Origin: Proteromonas lacertae
Taxonomy: Eukaryota
Direction: 5' to 3'
Length of the DNA: 64,000 nt
Assembly (NCBI GenBank): GCA_002245135.1
Contig: NGBS01000293.1
Coordinates: 372,001 to 436,000 of the forward strand
The position numbers and the translations under genes were made by a program. The notes beneath the pieces were generated by a model. That model saw only the letters and a program-made list of their open reading frames with translations, was not told where the DNA came from and made no database searches. Position 1 is the first letter of the stretch; every line of letters begins with the position of its first letter. This document shows, one piece after another, positions 1 through 13,464 of the stretch.

Positions 1-1313
1 AATAGAATATTTCTTTTTGACAAAATCCATCAATCATATTGATGCTTTTATCATCATTTATGAACAATGTTAAACACTTCGGTATTGAGTACCTTAAATT
101 ATTTAATTTATTATTGTTTCTATATTCACATAGTAAATTGCATAAAATATTATTTGAAAGAGTTTCATTCACTATAAAATAAAAAATAATAAAATATACT
201 ATTATAATCATATTTTAAATCAATAATTATAATCAACGTAATAATTACTATTTTAATATCTGTTGATTTTAGTAAGAAATAGAAATACTTATGAATATCT
301 GATGATGATAATAGACATCTATCATTATCTATTTTTAACAATATAAAAGAAATATACATTCAATTTGTAAAACATCATTTGTTTTGATATAATACTTTAT
401 TACTAAATCCAATATAATACTATTACCACCATCATCCTCAATTTCACTTAAATTTAAATAAATTCTATTAATAGAACATGATCTGAGAGAATCTGTAATT
501 ATCTTGTCATTTTCTATTATACTTACTTCATCTGTTGAAATATTTTCCCAATTGATTTTATCATATCTTATATATTGAAACAGTGGTTGAATATTTTGTT
601 TTATTGTTGATTCATCTATTCAAAAAAGAATTATATATATATTTATAAAATACTTTCAGAATTTGATCCAATGAAATAACGATAATAATTAAATATTAGT
701 TTCAATAAATATGTTTCATTTTGAATGATTAGATTTGGCATAGATAATATAAATTCAAGTGCTGTTATACTCAAGTTAGTTATGATATTTTCATACAATA
801 ATTTTCTTCCATTTAAACTTAAATAATCTAAAATCACTTCTTTTATATCAGTATTTTTATTCTTTTCAAATAACATATTGACTTTGTTTAGAATATTAAT
901 AACTATATTTATTGATAGATGGTTTATTATATATTCTTTACACTTTTTCATAAGCTTTATTTCTTTATACACAACACAAATTAACAGTAAATCAATCACA
1001 TTTGATTCCTCTAGCAAAATTTGACCACAGCCATAGAATTTCTCTAAATTATAAAAAGCTGCTGATGTACATCCTTCAAATAAGGTGATTGTTCCAGTAA
1101 ACTTTGAGTCTTTTATTAATTCGGCGAAACAGTCGTTAAAACCACATAGTATTGATTTAGAACATAGAATTTCTTCTGAACCTACTCTAACAAGTAAATC
1201 GGCATATCCTTGTTTTACGAGAAAACGACCATAACTAGGTTACATAACATACAATTCATTTAGTATATTTTATACCCTTCTTGAGGTGGCTCACCAGTTA
1301 TAACAAAAACCAT
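1..1313 (-). CDS. BTB/BACK-domain protein, multi-exon, 3' end runs off the window
   Basis: ATG at 1313. Spliced N-terminus MVFVITGEPPQEG|YGRFLVKQGYADLLVRVGSEEILCSKSILCGFNDCFAELI..LEKFYGCGQILLEESNVIDLL is BTB-like. LSMPNLIIQNETYLLKLI is BACK-like. Aligns by eye with the BTB genes at 10245, 18350 and 53227. Confidence 0.75.
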
Positions 1314-1379
1314 TAATAATTAAAAAAGTAACCGTTTTACGTACACATAAAGATTTTGACGGTCAGAAATATAAATTAA

Positions 1380-4300
1380 TGGATTGGGTTTATTTTCAGA
1401 CTAAAAAGTATATTTGTTATTTCTATTACATTAGCTATCCAAATGCACCTTCACAGTTTGCTGTATTTCTTTTTATTTTACTAATCTAGCTTGAAAATGA
1501 CCTAACAGGAGATTATGATTACTTTTATACTTGTTTCACAGATGATGGGTATTATAGTATTTTTATTTTCATGTTTTAGGATCGCTTACTACGAAAATGA
1601 TACATTAAAGACTTCTCAGTGGGATGATCCAAGAAAAGGCACAAGGGTATAACTATAGTAATAATAATCTGATATAGGGATTTTATGCCCCCAAAGATTC
1701 ATTTTTACAATCCAATATGCGTATAATTTATCCAATTATTTATATCTAATCCATAGCAACTCCAATAATAAACAAAGTATCTAATTTAGCAAGTTCTCAG
1801 CGACTATCTGATGATTATAAAGCATTAAAAATGAAATATGACAAATTATCAAAAAGTTATGATGAAGACTTGAATAGGCTTGAAGCTCAAAGATTAAGAG
1901 ATATAAGTGAAAGAGATGCAATAATACAGAACTTACAAAGACAAATGGATTCTTCTACTTTAGATTCAAAGGAAGATTTATTGTTAGAAGAGATTGACAA
2001 TTTAAAATATGATTTAAGTGTAACAAATACTCAATTATCAGGTAAAGTAAGAATGTTGACGAAATTAGAAGATGAACTTAGTAATTTAACAAAGAAATTT
2101 GAAGAAACGAGTATATATATATATTTTATAAAAACACTAAATAAAAATAAATAGCCAAACAAGATGAAGAAACGATCATAAATTTAAAAACACAAATAGA
2201 CAAAGAAAAGCATATGACTCACAATTTACAATTGGAATTACACAATCCTGAGAGAAAAACGGAAGAAGAAAAACACATAGTCGATTTAGAAGGAGAATTA
2301 AGTCAAATACGAGGAGAATTAGCAGCTAAAGATAAGTTATTACAGAAACAAGAGCAAGAAAAAATGATATTAGAAAAAGCTCGAGATGATATACAAAGAA
2401 TGATGGAAATAAATAATTTAAAGATGCAACAACAACATGATGATGACATTGACAAGAAAAATGATGAAATTAAACATTTACAAAATGTAATAGATTCGTT
2501 TCAAGAAGAACGAGAACAATTGGACCATTTAAAAAGATCGTTGGAAATTGTTGCTACAGATATGCGATCTAAAGACAGTGAAATAAAACAATTAAATTCA
2601 CAATTAAAATCAGAGCAAGAAAAGAATAATGAATTATTAGTACAGAAAGAACAATTCACAGCAAAAATGATTGAAAAGGACAAAGAAATTGCAAGAATAA
2701 GATCAGAAATGGAATATCAAGTTAAAAGTTCAAAAGAAAAACAATTATCAACAAAATTAGAAAAAATGAAAGCAGAAATGGATCAAATGACAAAAGATTT
2801 AAATAATAAGAAGAAAGCGAATAGAGAATTAAAGAAGGATTTTGATACATTGAAATTAGATTATGAATATGCAAATAAGAAGATAAAATCATTGAATACT
2901 GATTTACAAATGAGAGAAGCATCTTTACATAGCATTAAACAAGATTTGAATTCAGTAATGAAGGAGAATAATAGTGTGAAATTGATCATTAACGAGAAAG
3001 AACAGTTATCAGCGAAATTAAAGCAAACAATGGATGAGTTGATTAATTTGAAGAAAGAATCTGCTGAAGTATCAATGAACTTTAGAGATGCAAGTATATA
3101 ATATCTATAATATTCATATTTATTTTAATAGCTAAACAATTAAAGATTGCTCAAGATGAAATAAAACGTAAAGATGAACAATTACAGAAATTCAGAGGAA
3201 CAACTGATCAAAGTAAATTGTTAAGCAGCAAACGAGAAAGCCAAGCAACTATGAAGATATTAGAATTGAATAAAGTGATTAGTGATTATAAATCTCAAGT
3301 TATTGCAAAAACAAATGAATTAGAAAAGTGGCAAAGAGATAGAATGAATTATGCAAAAGAAATTGAAGATTATAGTATACATATATTATATTATATATTT
3401 TATTTGAATAGATAAAAAGTTAAAAGAAGCTCGTGGACAAAATGCTGCGAATGAAGACATCATAAAGAATTATAAGGAATTAATATCTGATTATAAGAGA
3501 AAACTACAAAGACAAGAGATAGACAATGGCAGACAAATCGCTCAATTGAAAAAAGATATTGGTATGGGTGAAAACAATGTATTAAAGAAAGAAAATGAAA
3601 TTGAGAAATTGAAAAGAGATATGACATTAATACAAAGTGATATTGCAGATTCAAGAAAAGCACAAGAAAGATTAATTAACCAATTAAAATCAAACCAAGC
3701 CAAAGAAATACAAATTAGAGAAGAGCAAATAACTAGATTAAGAGGTGAAGTTGAAAGATTGGTAATTTCAAGTAATAATCCTGAGGAATTAATGAAATAT
3801 CAGAAGGAGAATGAGAGACTGCAAGATTTGAACTCCAAACTGAATGTAACATTATTAGGAAAAGAAGAAGACATTCAAGAATTGAATAATCAAAAAGATG
3901 AATTATTGAAAGAAATAAATAATTTGAGTATAAAAATATATATTGTTAATATTATTATTTTAATTTAATAATAGAAAATGCTAATAATGTTTCATTAGAA
4001 GATTTAAAGAATGAAAAAGAAAAAGAAATTCAACAACTGAAACAAGCAATCGAAGAACAAGAAAAAGATGCAGCCAATAGTCGAACTGATTTGGTTCAAC
4101 AAAATAAAAGTCTACAGAATGAATTAGATACACTTCAAAAAGAAAATGACAAAATAAAACAAAAGGTTAAAGATATAGAAGATGAAATAAAAGATCAAAC
4201 CTCAAAGTTTGAGGAAAAAGAAAGACAATACAAAAACCAGATTAATGAATTACAAAATAAGATTGATTTATATGAAACTGATAATTTGGATAGTAAAGCA

Positions 4301-5548
4301 AAACAGATTGAAGATGAAATGGACAAGTACAAAAATACAATAGAAAATTTAAAACAAGACAACGCTGTATTAGAACTAGAAAAACAGAGAGTTGTGAATG
4401 AATTAGAAGATATTACATCCAAATATAATATGTTAAAGTCAATGGATAGTAAAGATGAAGATTCTCCTTATAAACCAGTAGATCATACGTTAGATTTAGA
4501 AGTGGAGAAGTTAAAAAGAGAATTAGACAATACAACTAATGAATTAAACGATGCTAATACAAAATATGAATCATTAGAGGATGAAAAGAAGAAAATGGAA
4601 GATAAATATGAGGAAGAAATTGAAGATTTGAGAGATGAATTAGATAAAATGAAATTTCAAATTGATAATTCATCAAAATTGCCTGAAACTCCAAACACAA
4701 TTACTACACCCAAGGAAGAAGGAATATCATCAACAGCCAATGATAATGCAGAGTTTAAAAAATTACAAAACGACTATAATAAGATGAAATCTGATTATGA
4801 AAAATTAAAGAATGAATCAGGTGAAGTAAAGACATTAATGGCGACTTTGACTTCAGATTTTGAGAGACAGAGATCTACACTACAATCTAAACATGAGGAA
4901 GAAATAAAGAAATTGAAAAATGAATATGAAGAAGAAATAGAAAGATCTAATTCTTCGAAGAATAAAGATGAAGAAGTTGAGTCTCTAAAATCACAATTGA
5001 AGAAAGTAAAGAAGGAGCTAGAGAGTAAGGATGAAGAATATAAACTGCTTAACCACGATTACGACCAATTCTTGGCTGATAGTGAAAAGACTTTAAATGA
5101 TATGCAGGAAGAACAAAATAAAAGAGATGATGAGAGAGTTGAACAGATTGATAAGTTAAGAAGAGAATTGAACGATGTAAAGCATGAGTTGGAGAATAAG
5201 AATGAAGAAGTTGAGAAAATATCTCAAGAATACACTACCTTATTCAAGAGAGCTAAACAGGAGAAAGAAACTCTAATGAACCAATTCGAACAAGATAAGG
5301 AAGATTTAGTAAAGGATTATGAAAGAAAGATGGAAAGATTAAAACTAGAATCATCAAGAGGAGGATCAGGAGCACCACCACCACCAACTGCTCCACCTCC
5401 AAGAGGAAGACCCAATATCACTTTACCAAAAGGCCCTCCACCTTCTGCACCTCCTCCACCAACAGCCCCACCTCCAAGAGGAACACCACCACCACCACCA
5501 AGAGGAGCTCCTCCTCCAGGCCCTCCTCCTACATCTCGTTCAAAATAA
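1380..5548 (+). CDS. WW-domain, long coiled-coil, proline-rich C-terminus protein (multi-exon)
   Basis: Splicing five short 5' introns gives MDWVYFQTKN...FYTCFTDDGIAYYENDTLKTSQWDDPR (WW-like). ORFs 1831, 2214, 3218, 3546 and 4091 join via roughly 36-46 nt GT-AG introns. Ends in PPPPTAPPPRG repeats. Confidence 0.8.
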
Positions 5549-5691
5549 AACTCTTAATATTATTAATATTTACTAGTATGAATGGTGTATGAGGTTTATT
5601 TGCCTTGACAAACATAAATGAAAGAAATAATCAAAAAATTAAAAAATAGATGTTAGTAAAAATTTGAATTTAAAAGTCGAAAATCTACTCA

Positions 5692-6678
5692 ATGCTCCCC
5701 TTTACAACCTTTTCATCAGATAAAAGATACTCAGAAGAGAATAAAAAGATGTCTGTAGATGTTTTCTGCGACGAAGAACCACCATCAACCAGAAAAGTGG
5801 TAATGCAACTCCATGCTCTTTCAGCAGACCCAGATTCACAAGTATCTATGGTCCATGAACACAGTATAATATTTTATTTTGATATATTTCAGATTTTGTA
5901 CCAAGTTTAATGAAATACGCTAAAGATAAAGAAGATGACATCGCCCTTTTGGCAGCCAAGTCAATACAATTCCTATCATCACATCCAAAGAATAAAGAAA
6001 TCATGGCAAATAATGAAGATCTTGTTGATTGTCTCGTATACATTATTATCAGTTTATTAATATTCATAATAGCGAGGTCTTACATTACACAACAATGAAA
6101 AAATCAGAGAAATAGCACAAACCTGTTTGATTCAATTATCATTACATGGTGGATATCATGAATCAACATGCAATACAAATAGTAGTGAAAGTCAAAATCC
6201 ACTCAAAACAAGAATATTAACATTCACAGTAAAAGGTTTAGAAGATGAAATCCTCTCCAAAATTGTAGAAAGAAGATTAATCTCACAAAAAGGTGTAATA
6301 TCAGTAACATTAGATCCAAAGAATGATTTAGCAGTGGTTTGTACAAAATGTTATGAAGATTTATCTTACAAATTACAAGATATCATTGATGGAATATTAG
6401 TATCAAGATCTGATAATATTAATGGCACAAAATTATCAAACCCTAATCCAAATATACAACAACAACAACCACAGAAACCAAAAGGTCCAAGATATCTTGA
6501 TGATGATATTGAAAATACTAATCCAAATACTACTGATGCCATTACAATGTATGGCTTTACTAGTTTAGAAGCACAATTAGCACAGAAGAAGAAAGAAGAA
6601 GAAGAAGCCTTGAAGAAGAGAAGTGCAGTTACATCATTTTTGGGAAGATTTGCTAGAGCTATTGCCTCAGTAATATAA
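5692..6678 (+). CDS. ARMC1: Armadillo-repeat plus HMA-like domain protein (ARMC1-like); start may be the ATG at 5749
   Basis: ARM-like helices (ALLAAKSIQFLSSHPKNKEIMAN), then HMA-like TRILTFTVKGLED..RRLISQKGVISVTLD, PRYLDD and a C-terminal SFLGRFARAIAS. Two short introns. Confidence 0.65.
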
Positions 6679-6775
6679 AATAGTAATAATACAATCATAA
6701 TTAATTAATATTGTATATCGATTGTTCTTTTTGAGATTTATCCCCCAAAAATAGAGTAAATGGAAAAATAATTGA

Positions 6776-7066
6776 TTATTGAGGAGTTAAATATAATACT
6801 ATATAGTTAGATGAATAATAGAAATACCATTATTACCACGAATATAACAATCACCATACTTTTTTCTGAATGTTCCATCTACATATTCATCTGTTTGTTC
6901 CAATGCAACATTCATAAATCCATCAATCGCACCCAATACACCTATTCAATATAGTTTATAGAATTACAATCATACCTCGATAATCAACTCCTGAATACAA
7001 TCTGACAATTACAGGACGACCCATGAGACTTCTTATAAAATCATTTGGAGTTTGCTTGGATGACAT
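6776..7066 (-). CDS. LSM6: U6 snRNA-associated Sm-like protein LSm6 (missed by the ORF track)
   Basis: Spliced MSSKQTPNDFIRSLMGRPVIVRLYSGVDYRG|VLGAIDGFMNVALEQTDEYVDGTFRKKYGDCYIRGNN|VLYLTPQ*, with introns of 34 and 29 nt. Confidence 0.93.
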
Positions 7067-7281
7067 TGCTTTCTATAGACATTATAAGTAAATCATTCAT
7101 AATTTAAACTAAAATTAGATTATATGTAATCATGACAATAGATTAAAAAGACAAATTATAACCAAAAAATAAAAGATGACTTGTTAAAGAAGAAAAATAG
7201 AAAAATACTTTTGTGGTGAACGCAAATTGTTTTGATTAACCAGAACACGTGCTTGGCTCGAGATCGTTTTTTAAATACAAA

Positions 7282-10108
7282 ATGACTGATACTATTAAAC
7301 AAGGAGACCATGTTTTAGTATATGGACACAATGACGGAGTATATATACTGGTGTTTATGAAAATAGTATGTGAGATTAATTGCTCAAATGGGTAAAGATA
7401 AGAAAACATTATACGCAGTTCAGCTGACAAAACCTAAAGGAACTAGCAATGGGACATATGAAGGAGAAAGGTTAATAAACTGTCCAGACCACTGTGCTTT
7501 ATTTTTAACTCCTGACAAATTAAAAGTAAATCATTCGTTTTATTATATTAATTCATAGCCATTTGATGCTAAATTACAAGCTACAATAACAATCCAATGT
7601 TGTATGAGACAGAAATTATCAAGACGAGCTGCTAAGAGAAAGAGAAACTCAAAAGTGTGGAATGCGTTAGATAATATGAATGAAAACGTATAAATTCAAT
7701 ATTATATATGTGTATATAATTTGATTTAGTTATTAATCCAACATGCTCGAACAATCGAAGAAGTTCAAAAACGATCTCCAAAAGGCAAAAAGCTGTTCAA
7801 AGAAGTAGCTATGTTAACAATGATAACATCAAGTAAACAACCAAAAGAAGGTTTTGAAGAATTAGATCAAGTTCCAATGGAAACAACTTATTGCGGTCCA
7901 AAATTAACATTTCCAATAACTTTAGAACAAGTACTTGATATGTTTGAAGCATTTAAACGAGGTGAAACTTTACATTATAATTATGTAACTCGTATTTTAT
8001 ATGAAACTGGAAAAATGTATAAAAATGCAAAGAATCTTCAAGAAATTTCAATCCCAGAGAATTGTAAATTTACAATCGTAGGTGATTTACATGGTCAATT
8101 AGAAGATTTATTTACAATATTCAGTTTAAATGGTTTACCATCTCCAACGAATATGTATTTATTTAATGGTGATTGGGTAGATCGAGGTGTGAATGGTTGT
8201 GAGTGTGTAATGGCCGTGTTTGCCTTTAAAATGTTATATCCTGGCTCCGTATTTCACAATCGTGGAAATCATGAATCTCGAGCTCAAAATGCTTATATGG
8301 GATTTGAAGATGAAATCTTAGAGAAATATGATGGAAGTCCTTATCGTGATCCAACTCGAGCTAGAAGATTATTACGAATGTTTGAATTAGTATTTGATGA
8401 GATTCCGTTAAGTGCTGTAGTTCAAGGTAAAGTCTTTGTAACTCATGGTGGATTACCTGGATCTCGATTGAATTTACAACATATAAATGGAATAAACGTA
8501 TTTATATATAACTTATTTAATAAATGAATAGAGACGTCGTGAACCTCCGATTGATAAACCGTCGTTAGAAGATAAATTATATGAATCATTATTATGGAGT
8601 GATCCTCGTCCAACAGCTAATTTCCCTGAACCATTAATGGGTTATCGTCATAGTGATCGTGGTGCTGGAGTAGAATTTGGAACTGATGTAACTGAAGCTT
8701 TTTGTAGTGAAAATCGAATAGCTTTAGTAGTTCGAAGTCATGAATGTGTTCAAGAAGGTTATGAAGTATTACATGGAGGTCGATTAATAACAATATTTAG
8801 TGCTTCTTGTTATTGTAATATGATGACAAACAAAGGTTCATTTATTAATTTTGGAACTGATTTACAACCTGAGATTCAACAATTCTATGCTCAATCATTA
8901 GTAGATAGTTCATTTGCTCAAAAGATAATGGATAAGAAATTACAAAAGTTAGAAGAAGATACTGTAAAGATGATAGTAGAACGTATAATAGATAAGAAAG
9001 CTGATTTATATTGGTATTTTACTCAAGTGGATGTAAAACGAACAGGTAGAATAAGTCGTTTAGAATGGGCAAATGCATTAAAATCAGTTTTAAATTTAGA
9101 TTTACCATTTATTAGTTATGCTCCCAAATTAGTAGATATGGATGATAATAAAATGATAGATTATTCAAATGTATATATATATATATAAAGTTAAATGTTT
9201 TTATTAATATAAATGAATAGTTCTTAAATCGTTTTAGAATTCAAATAACAGCTCAAGATGGTGATTGGAGTAAAAATTTATTAGAAGGTGTTTGTAAGAA
9301 GTTATTTTTAGTTTGTAGTGATTTGAGAGAAGCATTTAATGCATTTGATACAAATCATGATGGAACAATCGAATATAATGAATTTTTTGGTTTATTAAAA
9401 TCATTAGATATTGGTTTATCGAATGATCAAATTTATGAATTAATGCGAAGTATTGATGTAAATGGTGATCATTCAATAAACTATAAAGAATTTGTAGATA
9501 GATTCCAAGTGACATTTGAACAGATCAAAGGTGGAAGTAGTACTAGTCAAATAACTGATCCTTGGCTTCATTCAATAATCAAAAAGATAGGTGAAAAGAT
9601 AATCTTACAATATTCTTCAGTTGAGAAAGCATTTGAAGAAATCGATTCTGATCGAAGTGGTTTAATCGATGACAATGAATTTATGACTGCAATAAAGAAA
9701 TTAGATTTAGGTTTAAGTGATGAAGAAATCTTAAAAGTGAGTGCTGCTTTGGACAGTGATCATAGTGGTAAAATTGATTATAAAGAATTTGCTGATGCTT
9801 TTAAAGTAAAAGAAAGTAAGAATGCAGGTCAAAATATAATTCAACAAATAACGAATGTATTATATCAACATCGAATGCAATTACGAAGTGCATTTCGAAT
9901 GTTTGATGCAAATAATGATGGTAAAATCTCAAAAGATGAATTTTTAAATGCTTTAAATAATATGAATTTAGCATTAGATTCTCCCATAACTCCTGAACAA
10001 GTAGATGAGTTAATGAGTTGTTTAGATAAAGATGGAAATGGTTCATTAGATTATAAAGAATTCTTCGAAGGATTTAAGATAGTTGATACAAAAAGTCATA
10101 TTAATTAA
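7282..10108 (+). CDS. PPEF: PPEF/RdgC-type Ser/Thr phosphatase with N-terminal CAP-Gly-like domain, IQ motif and 8 EF-hands
   Basis: PPP motifs GDLHGQ, GDWVDRG, RGNHE, HGG, LLWSDP and RSHE. IQ motif ATITIQCCMRQKLSR followed by WNALD. Eight DxDxxGxI-type loops at the C-terminus. Confidence 0.88.
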
Positions 10109-10244
10109 AAATTGGTTATTATTATATATTCTGAATTTTTATAAAATTGTTTTTGTTTTTTGTAAAATACAAGTATAAATTATATAAATTAGTATATAAA
10201 TTTGATTGTATATATCTATTTATAAAAATGATAATTTGAATGAT

Positions 10245-11985
10245 TTAATCTTGATGAGAAACTGATAGTAATTTAACTAAAGTGTTTTGACCATATAATA
10301 CAGCATATGAATATAATGGAGAAGGTAAATCTTTAACAAGTAAAACAGGAGATGAATTATTATGACTAATCCAAAATTCTCTTTTATTCATATCAACAAT
10401 CACTTCATAAATTGAACCATCTCCACAATCATTGAATTTTGGATTTCTAGTAACAACTCTTCCAATATGACAATAATCAGTAATATCTTGACTTTTACCA
10501 CCATATGCATAATAATTGCATGTTGTTGATTGATTATAAATATCATCTTCAGAATATAAATTATCTGATGATAATCCTAACATTATACTATTATAATAAC
10601 TTCTATTTTGATGATATTTATATTTGATATGATAAACTCCATTTTCCATTATCAAATTCATATAACAATGATTCCAACCATAGAATATATTTGTTATTAA
10701 TTTTCCATTATTTGATACTTCTATTCCATCACTTTTGTTTAGTTCTGTGAATTTTCCTAACATAAATTCTAATGATATTTTGAATTTCTTTTCATTTACA
10801 ATATTCTTACAACTTATTTCATATTCTTTCTTTTTGATTACTCTATTCACTTTTCCATTAATTATTCCATTTTCTTTATCTATCATTATTCCATCTGGCA
10901 ATGAAGGATTGATTGAAAATTCACATCGATTTCCATCAAATAAAGGAATTATTAAGATTTCTTCATAAACACTATATGAATATTTTGATTGAGGATATGA
11001 AAATGATGCGATTTCTTTTGTTTTTAATTCACTCAATAATTCTTTATCTTTTATTATTTCAATCATTTCTTCTTCTTCTTTTAAACTCAATCTCATTTCT
11101 TTTATATATTCCATTAATAATTCTTTGGATTTGGAGTTTAAATAATAATCTTCATTCAACATTTTAAAAAGAATTTCCTTTATCTTACATAATTCTATAT
11201 GATTTTTACATTCATTTTTCTTCAATTCTATTTTCATTTCTTTCAACATTTCTTTATTCTCTTTTTCTATCTCTTTCTCTTTTATCTTTTCACAATCGAT
11301 ATCTTCTTCTATCAATTGTTTAAAATCTGCTTTAATCTCTTCATCATATTTCTTATTCTTTTGGAATTTATACCATTCTAACAATCGATTTAATAACCAT
11401 AACTCATTCACTATTATCACATCTTTCATATTTAATATCTCGATCAAATTATTCATTTCTAATCTCAACAGATATTCATTATTATATAAATATTTATATC
11501 CTCGCTTTTCTATTTCCATATTTTTCAAGTCTTCTATCTCTCTCAAACATCCACCAAATACATTACATATATGAATTAATTTCATTAACACTTCATCATC
11601 TATATTATTCTTCATAAATTCATAACAATCATTTATTATCTCTTTTTCACTATAACATAAACAAAACATCAACACTTCACACACATTCTCTTTACACATT
11701 ATCAATTCACCACCACTGTAGTATTTCTCCATCTCATAATAGCCAATTTCTTCGATTTCTTCATATAACTCTAAAACTCCTACAAACTCACCATCTAACA
11801 ACAGTTTCTTTACAGTCTCATTTCCATTCACTAAAATTGACTTGATTGACATTATTCGATTATCTCTAATCTTCACTTCTATATCACCAAAACCACTTTC
11901 AACCAATTTTCGACATAATCTATCATAAAAATAAATACAAAATATACCCCTCTTCTCTTATGCTTTTATTCACTTTTTTTATCAT
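10245..11985 (-). CDS. BTB/BACK - putative Ig (He_PIG-like) - SPRY/B30.2-like protein, copy 1 (short form)
   Basis: ATG at 11985, one intron after MIKKVNKSIREEG. BTB GDIEVKI..KSIL. Ig-like FSINPSLPDGIMIDKENGIINGKV. SPRY-like GVYHIKY..MLGL..GDGSIYEVIVDMNKREFWISHN..DLPSPLY. Confidence 0.8.
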
Positions 11986-12592
11986 CTTTATGTAAATATA
12001 TAACAAAAATAACGAAATTCGATTTTTATCAAAATTTTGAATAACCCAAAAATTAAAATGTGATTTAATTTAATTGCAGAAGGTGTGATAAAGACAATAA
12101 TACTATATTCTGATTTATTAATGCATATTGTATATGATATGATGATATAAATGATGAATGTTAAGTTTTAGTGTTAGTTTGTGTTATTGAAAGTGAAATG
12201 TAATATAAACATGATGTAGATGATATTTAATATTTGTTTATAGAATTGGATGTGTGTAGTAGATATAAGTGAGTAAAATTCAAGATTTAGCTCGTAGTAC
12301 AATATATGTGAATAATGAGAATTATTAAATGAAGTAGAAACAGTATATAGAAAGAAGTAATTATGATAATAAAAGAATAATGATGAAGAAGCTTTGAAAG
12401 ATGTATTATTTATAAAAACATCATTTTCATTGGTGTGAAAATTCTATTTTTCATTATTGCAAATATAATCATTCTTAAAACAAGAATTATAGTTAAAATA
12501 CTCTCTTACATCAATTCAATTTAAAAAAGGAAAAGAGAAAATAAACAATAAAAATAACAAAAATATTAATCAAAACATGTAGAAAATATCAT

Positions 12593-12675
12593 TCAACGAT
12601 CAAGATATCTTACTTTCTTCAATACCCAAAAATACAATAACACCATCACAATCCATATATAACAGTAAATCAAAT
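12593..12675 (-). pseudogene. Orphan 3' end of an ABCG/PDR transporter paralog
   Basis: Minus strand reads IYCYIWIVMVLLYFWVLKKVRYLDR*, matching the C-terminus of the 13465 gene (GYLWIEIVIIIIFLYFSLKKVRFLDR*). Confidence 0.75.
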
Positions 12676-13464
12676 GAAAGAATATTTGAAAAATGATATT
12701 CGTAATTTAATGTATAATATTGGTGAAATATTTAGTTGTGGGTTATATCTTAGATCAACAAAAAGATTAAAAAGAATATTACGAGAAGCAAAATTCAAAA
12801 GAGAATATATGATTAGAATAAAAGTAATAGATGAGAATGAGAATATGGATGTGAATGATTGTGTAGATTATTCATCATCAACTCTAACCACTCCATTGCT
12901 TTTACAACACGATTGATATGCGTATGTGTGTATTTAGTAATAATAGAATATTAATGATTATGAAGTATTTTGTAGATTATTTTCGTTAATCTGAGTTTAT
13001 AATTCAATATCTCTATTATTTGTTAAATAAACAAAATCTAAAAGTGGTGCATTTAACAAAAATATTTTCACAAACCCACACAATTTAAATGTCATTTTTA
13101 TAGATGTTCAACCTATTTTATGTGTGAATACTATAAAAATATAATATAAAATATATGCATATATCAATTTATACAAAATAATAAGGCTAAAACATTTTTA
13201 TTACGTAGATTTTAAAGTATGCGATTATTCTTCATTCAAAACAGTAATTACAGAGAATTTTAGTGATATATATTTTAGGTTTATAAAATTGTCAGTAAAT
13301 TAGGAGATATTGTTGAATTTGATTTTACAGTTCCATGACAATGCATATAACCAACATTATTCATTTATAATGTTTTAAAAGTGATATATTCTCTGCAAGT
13401 GATAAAATAAGAAAAACAAAACCACAGTTACTAAAACGGATAGTGTGTTTTTTGTATGTTTTGA

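Noticed and set aside
10245..10760. Diversity-generating retroelement acting on the SPRY domain
   Set aside because: There is no reverse transcriptase or template repeat in the window, and I could not show adenine-specific substitution.
12674..12916. 80-aa ORF upstream of the ABCG gene
   Set aside because: No recognisable motif. It may be an orphan 3' gene fragment but cannot be supported.
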